A stretch of DNA of 64,000 bases, taken from the NCBI GenBank assembly GCA_965240325.2, contig OZ251230.1:186001-250000 (forward strand). Reading direction: 5' to 3'. The notes below the pieces were generated by a model. It did no database searches. It saw nothing but the letters and a program-made list of their open reading frames with translations, and was not told where the DNA came from. This DNA is from Rebecca billardiae RCC1528 (Eukaryota; Protista; Haptophyta). The position numbers were made by a program, and so were the translations under genes. This document shows positions 57,229 to 64,000 of the stretch, piece by piece (position 1 is the stretch's first letter; the number at the start of each line of letters is the position of its first letter).

Positions 57229-59018
57229 TCAGGCAGCATCCTCAGGCTGCACACGGATTCCGCCGAGGTTGTGGGCACTGCGTCCTTGGGGGGTGTCGCC
57301 GAAGCGGCTCTGCAGCATCTCCACGACCTTGCTGTTGAACGCTCCAATGCCACCAGGGTAGGCCTCGATCACGGTGAGAAGGAGCTGCCGGTCCTCGTTG
57401 AACGCACACTGCGCGTGGCGCGCGTCGAAGTGCTCGATCGTCTGCCCGTCCGTGCTGGCTACCACGCTAGGCAGGCGCATGACCTCCAACTCAGTGTCGC
57501 GATCGGTGCCGATGATGAGGTGGATGAAGAGCTCGGTCACGCACCAGCTGTACGCCATGCATGCCATGGGTGGGAAGGGGTGTGATGGACGCGAGCAAGG
57601 AAGGAAGGGGTGGGGGGCGCCACGGGCCACCATGGTGGTGAGTGAGCGAGTGGTGGGCAGGATCGGCGCGCGTGGTGTGCGCGCGCATGGTGTGCGCGCA
57701 CAGTCGCTCAGGGAGGGTCGGGCCGTGAAGGACGAGCACACGGTCGCAGCCTGCCATGAAGACAGGGAGGCACGCCAAGCTCGGCTCGACGTCCCTCGAG
57801 TCGAGGCAGTGGGTGTCGATCCACACGCGCGGCGCGCGCCCATGCGTGCGGCTGAACTCCGCTGCCCACGCGCGCAGCTGGGCCACTTTCTCTTCCGGGC
57901 TGTCGTGGTGCGAGTGGCAAACGAAGGCGTCCACGCTGCCGAGCGTGGCGGGATGCGACTCGGCGAAGCAGTCGGCTTCAGGCAGCCGGCCCGACAGCCC
58001 GTCGACATCCACCTTGTCCACAGTGATCGCGCGGAACGAGTCCTGCGCCAGCCGCAGCGCGGCCTCCGCCGAGCGCCCGTTGAGCAGCACGCTGATCACA
58101 GTGGCTGATTGGATGCCTTCGCCGCGCGACGCGAGCCAGGTGTGCACCACCTCGCGCAGCCGTCCCGTCGCAGCTGCGCCTCCAGTCACGATCATCAGCA
58201 CAGAGAAGGAGAAGGGGGCGATCCGGGGGCGCCCGGAGCCCAGGGTGGCACGGAAATCCTCGGCGAGGGCGATCGCGCCCATCGCGATCTGAGTCGTTGC
58301 GTACGCACGCCAGAGCCAGTCGAGCTGCGCGCGAGGCGGGGGGAACTTCTTCACATGGAACGTGTTGACGAGCACGAGCACGATGGCGATCAGAAACACC
58401 AACGTGACAAAGCTGGTCTCCGCCAGGTGGAGGACGTCGTTGGGGTCACACGGAGCGGAAGGCGCGCCATCTGCGTCGCGCGCGCGCGTGCATAGGACCA
58501 CTGTGCGCGCGTACGGCACGACGTGGCCGGGGACATACGTCACGATGGAGAAGGCCGCGAGGATCAAGAACACGACGACGCCAAACCGAACGACGCGACG
58601 CTGGGTCGGGGTGAGCGCGAGGAGCAGGAAGAGTGCGCCAAGGTTGTAGCAGTACAGAAGCATCACGGGGGGAGCCACGTACTCGGACACGGCCCACAGC
58701 TCCGAGATCTTGGGCAGGACTGGAGACATGTTGAACAGGATGGTCCCGGCAAAGAAGACGAGCCCGACTGTCACGAGAGGCAACTGAATCGCCCGTTGCC
58801 GCCGGCGACCCTGCATGGGTGAAGCGCAGAGAAGGGGCCGGGTCAGCGGGGCAGCCCGTGCGTATGGCGCCCGCACACGCAGCAGCGCACCGCCGCGCCG
58901 ACGCTCGGGGCCGCACGCAGGCCCACACCATGTCGCGAGCGCGAGCGAGCGAATCGGCGATCGGGAGGCGTACTGGCCGTGCGGTGAGATCCGTGGGGTC
59001 GTCGGGACGGCTCGACAT
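57229..59018 (-). CDS. Multi-pass membrane protein (about 6 TM) with C-terminal TIR-like domain (exons 59018-58929, 58810-57702, 57547-57229)
   Basis: Several hydrophobic helices, then DAFVCHSHHD, VWIDTHCLD, LPVFMAGC, GPTLPERL-WCVTELF; GT-AG introns 58928-58811 and 57701-57548 are in compatible phases. Confidence 0.78.
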
Positions 59019-59558
59019 TGCGCTCCTGTGTCGGCTGTAGTACCAGCTGCCCCTGTGCGTGCCCCCGACCGCCCACGCGCGCAAGGATGAAGGTGTTCTG
59101 TGCTCTCGCCTCTGGTGGCCTCGGTGACGGTGGTTCGCGTCGAACCCAGGCTGGCCGGCTCGCGCGACGAGAAGACCGCGGAAAAGTTGCAAACTCCACG
59201 ATCCCGATTTTTGGAGCAGCTGGAGCGCTGGATTCGCCGTATGATCTATGAGTATGTCCCAGCTTGCCGCGACGGCTGCAAACCGTAAAAAATGGTCATC
59301 ATGGACTGATGAGAAGTTGAAAGTGATGACTGATGAGGGTTCCTTCCGGGCCACGAACCGGTGCAGAAAATGTACATTCGCATCCGGTTCAATATCATTG
59401 GCTGTTCGAATATTATTCTGATGTGAAACTCATGATGCAAGTTTTCATTGGTCGGTCGAATCTGTGTGAAACGTGCTAATTACTCGTAATCAAGTCGCGC
59501 CTGCACGAACTACTGTACACAACGACCACTGACCCGGTTACAGTCACAGACTTACAGA

Positions 59559-61526
59559 CTACAGTCCGGAGTCCCGGATCGGTGCCACCGTGCCCTGCAG
59601 TACCTGGTTCTTGTTCGACAGGCGCTCAGGGAAGGCGCACAGCCGCGCGTACAGCTCGCGCCGCTCCGCCGGGGCGATGGAGCCCACACGCGCACTCGAC
59701 GTGAGCGGCTCGAGGCACAGCGGCGATGCGCTGCCGCCCGCGCCGAGTTTGCGCGTGCCGAGCTCCGGGACGCACGCGCCTGCGGGCTGCGATGAGCGCG
59801 CGGCGGCCTCGGCGGCAAAGGCTCGCTCGGCGGCGCGGAGGCGCAGCGAGTTGACCGCGCACATCGCCGGCTGGCCGATCTCCGCGTGCGGCGAGTCTGC
59901 GAGTCTGAGCAGCAGCCGCCGCTCGTCAGCGCCCAGCCCCGCGTCCCACGCCGGGGCGGACTCCGACCGAGTGGCCTCGGGAGCCTCCCTCGGCGCGCTG
60001 CCCCCTTGGCCCGCGCGCGTGGCGGGGGGCGGCGGCGGGGCGGCCGACGCGCGGGGGCGCGCCGCCGCCTTGCCGAAGCAGCACGTGGCGACGAGGAACG
60101 AGGCGCCCTCGCACGCCGCGCGCCGCAGCACGAGGTCCGCGAGCGTGCCGCACGCGTGCAGCCCCAGCACCAGATCTGCCGGGCGCGAGATCGGCCAGCC
60201 GTGCACGTTCGCGCCGATCACGCACAGGTTGCTCAGGCGGAGGGCGCGCGCGCGCGCCGCGCCCTCGCGCAGCGAGGGCCCGTGCACGTCGACCACGCTC
60301 ACCAGCGTGCGCGGCGCGCGGCGCGCGAGCGCGATGGCGAGATCGCATCTCCCGCCGCCCACGTCCACGATGTGGGTAAACGCCCGGCCGCGCGCACCCT
60401 CCATCTCCGCCACGCGCGCGAGCACCCACAGCAGCTGCGGCCGCTTCTTGTGCACGACGTACGCGCGCCGCGCCTCGTCTTGCGCGGCCGCGGGCGGGAG
60501 GGCGAGGAGCGGGTCGGCATCGCCCAGCGCGGAGGCCTCCGCGGCGGCGCGCGCCTCAGCGGCCGCGCCGGCCGAGCGTGGCCCGCCCGGCAGCGCCAGC
60601 GCCGCGCCATCGTCGAGGACGACGGGCTGCGTGCGCACGGCCGCTGTGCGCTCGAGCAGCTCGCGCTCGAGCGGCGCCAGCCGCTGCGCGCGCCCCATGC
60701 CTGGCCGTGCGTGCGCGCGGCAGAGCTCGAGCTTGGCCGCGCGCACCTCCGCGCGCAGCGCGGCCCACGCGCCAGCCGCCACGCCGCATGCATCGCCCGC
60801 CCCCTGAGCCGCCGCTGCCGCCACGCCGCTCGGCGACTGCTTGGGGCGAGCTCGCGGCTGGGCGCGGCGCGGCCGCTCCGCGTGGCGCGCCTTTCCCTCG
60901 CCGTCGCCACGCATCGCCTGCCCCTCCTCCTCCTCCTCCTCCTCCTGCTGCTGCTGCTGCTGGAGGCTGCCCTCCTCCTCCTCCCCCGCCTCCGCCGCCT
61001 CCTCCTCCTCGCCCTCCGCCCGCCCCTCCACGGCCAGCTCGTACGCGTGCGCCACGCGCTCGACCAGCCCTGCGGGCCAGCCCCAGCCGGCGGGCTCGTG
61101 CGCGCGCAGCAGGCCTGAGCAGCGGAACGCCGCGACGCGCACGATCGTGCGCTCGTGGCACGGCAGTGCGAGCAGCTCCACAGCCTGCGCAAACAGGCTG
61201 CGCCGGCCCTTGGCCGAGCGGCCCGGGTGGCCGGTGACGCGGACCCGCGAGTCGTGCGTGAGCAGGGCGATGCACATGCGCATACGCGCCTCGCCCTCGC
61301 CAAAGTACTCGGGCGCGAGCACCGCCTGCACGTCGGCGGCGCCCTTGCCGTCGGCGGGCACATGCTGGGCATCATCATGTGCGCCGCGCGTGGCCGGGTG
61401 CGGCGCCTGGCGCACGCTGAGGAACGTGACCTGCGGGCAGCGGCGCTTGAACGCGACGAAGCCCTCCACCGAGACGACCAGGTCCGTGCGCACCTCGCCG
61501 ACTGCCGCCGCGTCCGCAGCGTCCAT
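59559..61526 (-). CDS. SAM-dependent methyltransferase (Methyltransf_32/METTL25-like) with N-terminal OB-fold-like region
   Basis: KKRPQL, IVDVGGGRCDL, VVDV, VLGLHACGTLAD, ATCCF, SNKN; ATG at 61526. Confidence 0.8.
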   Translation of the reverse strand: MDAADAAAVGEVRTDLVVSVEGFVAFKRRCPQVTFLSVRQAPHPATRGAHDDAQHVPADGKGAADVQAVLAPEYFGEGEARMRMCIALLTHDSRVRVTGHPGRSAKGRRSLFAQAVELLALPCHERTIVRVAAFRCSGLLRAHEPAGWGWPAGLVERVAHAYELAVEGRAEGEEEEAAEAGEEEEGSLQQQQQQEEEEEEEGQAMRGDGEGKARHAERPRRAQPRARPKQSPSGVAAAAAQGAGDACGVAAGAWAALRAEVRAAKLELCRAHARPGMGRAQRLAPLERELLERTAAVRTQPVVLDDGAALALPGGPRSAGAAAEARAAAEASALGDADPLLALPPAAAQDEARRAYVVHKKRPQLLWVLARVAEMEGARGRAFTHIVDVGGGRCDLAIALARRAPRTLVSVVDVHGPSLREGAARARALRLSNLCVIGANVHGWPISRPADLVLGLHACGTLADLVLRRAACEGASFLVATCCFGKAAARPRASAAPPPPPATRAGQGGSAPREAPEATRSESAPAWDAGLGADERRLLLRLADSPHAEIGQPAMCAVNSLRLRAAERAFAAEAAARSSQPAGACVPELGTRKLGAGGSASPLCLEPLTSSARVGSIAPAERRELYARLCAFPERLSNKNQVLQGTVAPIRDSGL

Positions 61527-61681
61527 CACTTAGTCGTCACACCTTGCCTCTTTCGTCAGGCCTCGATAGTGTCGGCCGCCATCGTTGCGGCGGAAGGGCG
61601 GGCACGTGGGCGCCGTTGGCGGCAACGGCGCTGGAGCAGGTTGGACCAGATGCGCAGCGCAGCCAAGCACGTCGTGGCAGC

Positions 61682-62046
61682 ATGCCGTGGCAGGAAGTGG
61701 TCGACCCGACTACGGGCGCGACGTACTACTGGAACACGGACACGAATGTGACGCAGTACGAGCGCCCGGCCGAGCTCCCAGCCAAGGTGGGGTTGCCACC
61801 CCCGCCGCCCAAGCCCCCCGGCGCCGCGACGTACACGAGCGCGTACGACGCGCCCGACGCGGCCGCGATGCCCGCCGCGGCCGCGATGCCCGCCGCGGCC
61901 GCGGGCAACGGGTACGGCGGTGGCGCGCCCGGTGGCGGCGCGTACGGCGGCGGGGCCTACGGCGGCGGCGCGTCTGGCGGAGCCCCGTACGGCGCCGCCG
62001 CCGCCTACGGTGGTGGCGGCGGATACAGCGCCGCTGCGCCCAGGTA

Positions 62047-62078
<32 letters not shown>

Positions 62079-64000
62079 ACCCGTCGAAGCGGCCGGCAGA
62101 TCAGCCGCCGTCGGAGGAGGTTGCCAAGTACTGGGAGGAGCACGCGATCAGGGTGACGGGCGGCGCGCCCCCGCCGTGGCTCTCCTACTCGCAGGCCGGC
62201 CTGCCGCCGCCGCTCCTCCAAGCGTTCACCGCCGCGGGCTTCAGCGCGCCGACGCCGATCCAAGCGCACTCGTGGTCTGCGGCTGCGGACGGGCGCGACG
62301 TGATCGCCGTGGCGAAGACGGGCTCGGGCAAGACGCTCGGCTTCCTGGTGCCGTCGATCAAGCTGATGCTCTCGCGCCAGCTCAACACCAGCGTGCCCGC
62401 GCTCCTCGTGCTCGCGCCCACGCGCGAGCTCGCCACCCAGATCCAGGAGGAGGCGAACAAGTTTGGGCGCGCGCTCGGCATCGGCTGCTGCTGCATGTAC
62501 GGCGGGCAGCCGAAGGGGGCGCAGCTGGGCGAGCTGCGCCGCGGCGCGGGGGTGATGATCGCGACGCCCGGCCGGCTCAACGACTTCCTCGAGGCCGGCC
62601 AGGTCTCCCTCCACTCGATCCAGATCCTGACGCTCGACGAGGCCGACCGGATGCTGGACATGGGCTTTGAGCCGCAGATCAGGCGGGTGGTCGCGCAGGT
62701 GCCGCCCGCGCGGCAGACGCTCTTCTACACGGCGACGTGGCCGAAGGGCGTGGTGCGGCTCGCGATGGACTTCCTGCGCAACCCCGTGCAGATCAACATC
62801 GGCGACACGGACAAGCTGAACGCGAACAAGGACATCACGCAGCACGTGCACACCGTCTCCTCCTCCTTCCAGAAGCAGCCGATCCTCTTCGACATCCTGC
62901 GCACCCTCGGGCCGCAGGCGAAGGTGATCATCTTCTGCTCGACCAAGCGGATGTGCGACCAGCTCGGCATGCAGCTCATGCGCCAGTGCAACGCGGGCGT
63001 GCTGCACGGCGACAAGACGCAGGTGCGCTCCGCGCGCGCGCGCGCCGCATGCGCTTGCCTAGCGCGCCGCGCTCACGGCCGCGCCGCCTCGCGCCGCCTC
63101 GCGCCGCCTCGCGCCGCCTCGCGCCGCCCCGCTCGCGCGGCCGCCCGGCGCGCGCGTGCGCGGCCGCGCAGGTGGAGCGCGACCGCACGATGGTCGAGTT
63201 CAAGAACGGCATGCGCCCGGTGCTCTGCGCCACCGACGTCGCCGCGCGCGGCCTCGACGTGAAGGGCGTGAGCGCCGTGATCAACTACGACTTCCCCTCG
63301 TCCACGGAGGACTACATCCACCGCATCGGGCGCACCGGCCGCGCGGGCGCCAAGGGCGAGGCGCACACCTTCTTCGAGCCGAAGGACGCGCGGCACGCGC
63401 GCTCGCTCGTCGAGATCCTCAAGGCGCGCGCGGGCGCGCACCGCGCGCACCGCCGCCGCGCGCACCGCCGCCGCACACACCGCGCGCTCACTCACGCCGC
63501 ACACGCACCGCGCACGGCCGCGCGCGCACCGCTCGCTCGCACGGCGCGCAGGGTGCGGAGCAGCACGTGCCGCCTGAGCTGGCGCAGATGGGGGAGGGCG
63601 GGTTCGGCTCGAGCCTCTCGGCGCTCGGCGCGCGCTTCTCGCAGGGCGGTACGCCCGCCGGCGGCGCTGGCGGCGGGTACGCGGGCGGCGGTGCGTACGG
63701 CGGGTGCGGCGGCGGGTATGGAGGCGGTGGCGCGTACGGCGGCGGTGGCGCCTCCGCCCTGCCCGCGCTGCCCGCGATGCCGGCCGGCGTGGACGGCGCG
63801 GCTCGCCCCGCCGAGCCCGCCGGCGAGTACGCGCGTGAGCGCGAGCGCGAGTACGGCCCGCCACGAGGCCGCGCCGACGAGTACGACCGGCCGGCGCGCC
63901 CGCGCTCGCGCTCGCGAGAGCGCGACTACGACTATGGCGGCGCAGAGAGGCGCGGCGGCGGGTACGGGGAGCGCGAGCGCGACTACGGCCGCGGCCCGCC
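61682..64000 (+). CDS. WW-domain DEAD-box RNA helicase (DBP2/p68 family, like plant RH14/40/46); 3' end lies beyond the window
   Basis: [82 protein letters not shown]; introns 63023-63171 (GT-AG) and 63424-63551 (GC-AG). Confidence 0.95.

Noticed and set aside
59305-59420. Repeated CTGATGA / GTGATGA ... CTGA motifs suggesting a hammerhead ribozyme or C/D snoRNA
   Set aside because: No stem II closing onto GAAA, no terminal stem and no recognisable rRNA guide; would need an Infernal/snoscan search

Overview
Very GC-rich, gene-dense eukaryotic nuclear DNA with short (about 87-178 nt) GC-rich spliceosomal introns, some of them GC-AG. The style suggests a haptophyte alga such as a Pavlovales species, which is an inference only. 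About 19 protein genes can be supported: NSE4, an LRR surface protein, a tail-anchored truncated globin, a giant chromatin-reader/2xABC-ATPase/GNAT fusion, an SDR pseudoenzyme, an R2R3-MYB, a secretory-pathway methyltransferase-like protein, a protease-less FtsH, an ER-type DnaJ, a MalY/PatB C-S lyase overlapped by a twin-CX9C ORF, a four-cNMP-domain AGC kinase, ORC2, a giant RING/UBA/RanBP2-ZnF protein, a small RING-like protein, a CS-domain protein, a multi-TM TIR-like protein, an OB-fold methyltransferase and a WW-DEAD-box helicase. There are four non-autonomous DNA transposon insertions with readable ends: two inverted copies of a 1.94-kb TAG...CTA element with a 7-bp TSD, one hAT with an 8-bp TSD carrying a BED finger, and one mariner-like foldback with a TA TSD. 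The most novel candidate is 8802-16600, a prokaryote/phage-type ABC-ATPase plus Mom-like GNAT module fused to MBD-like, Tudor/Agenet and WSD-like chromatin modules. It could be an undescribed chromatin-targeted nucleic-acid or protein modification system. All domain calls were made by eye from motifs; no database search was run.
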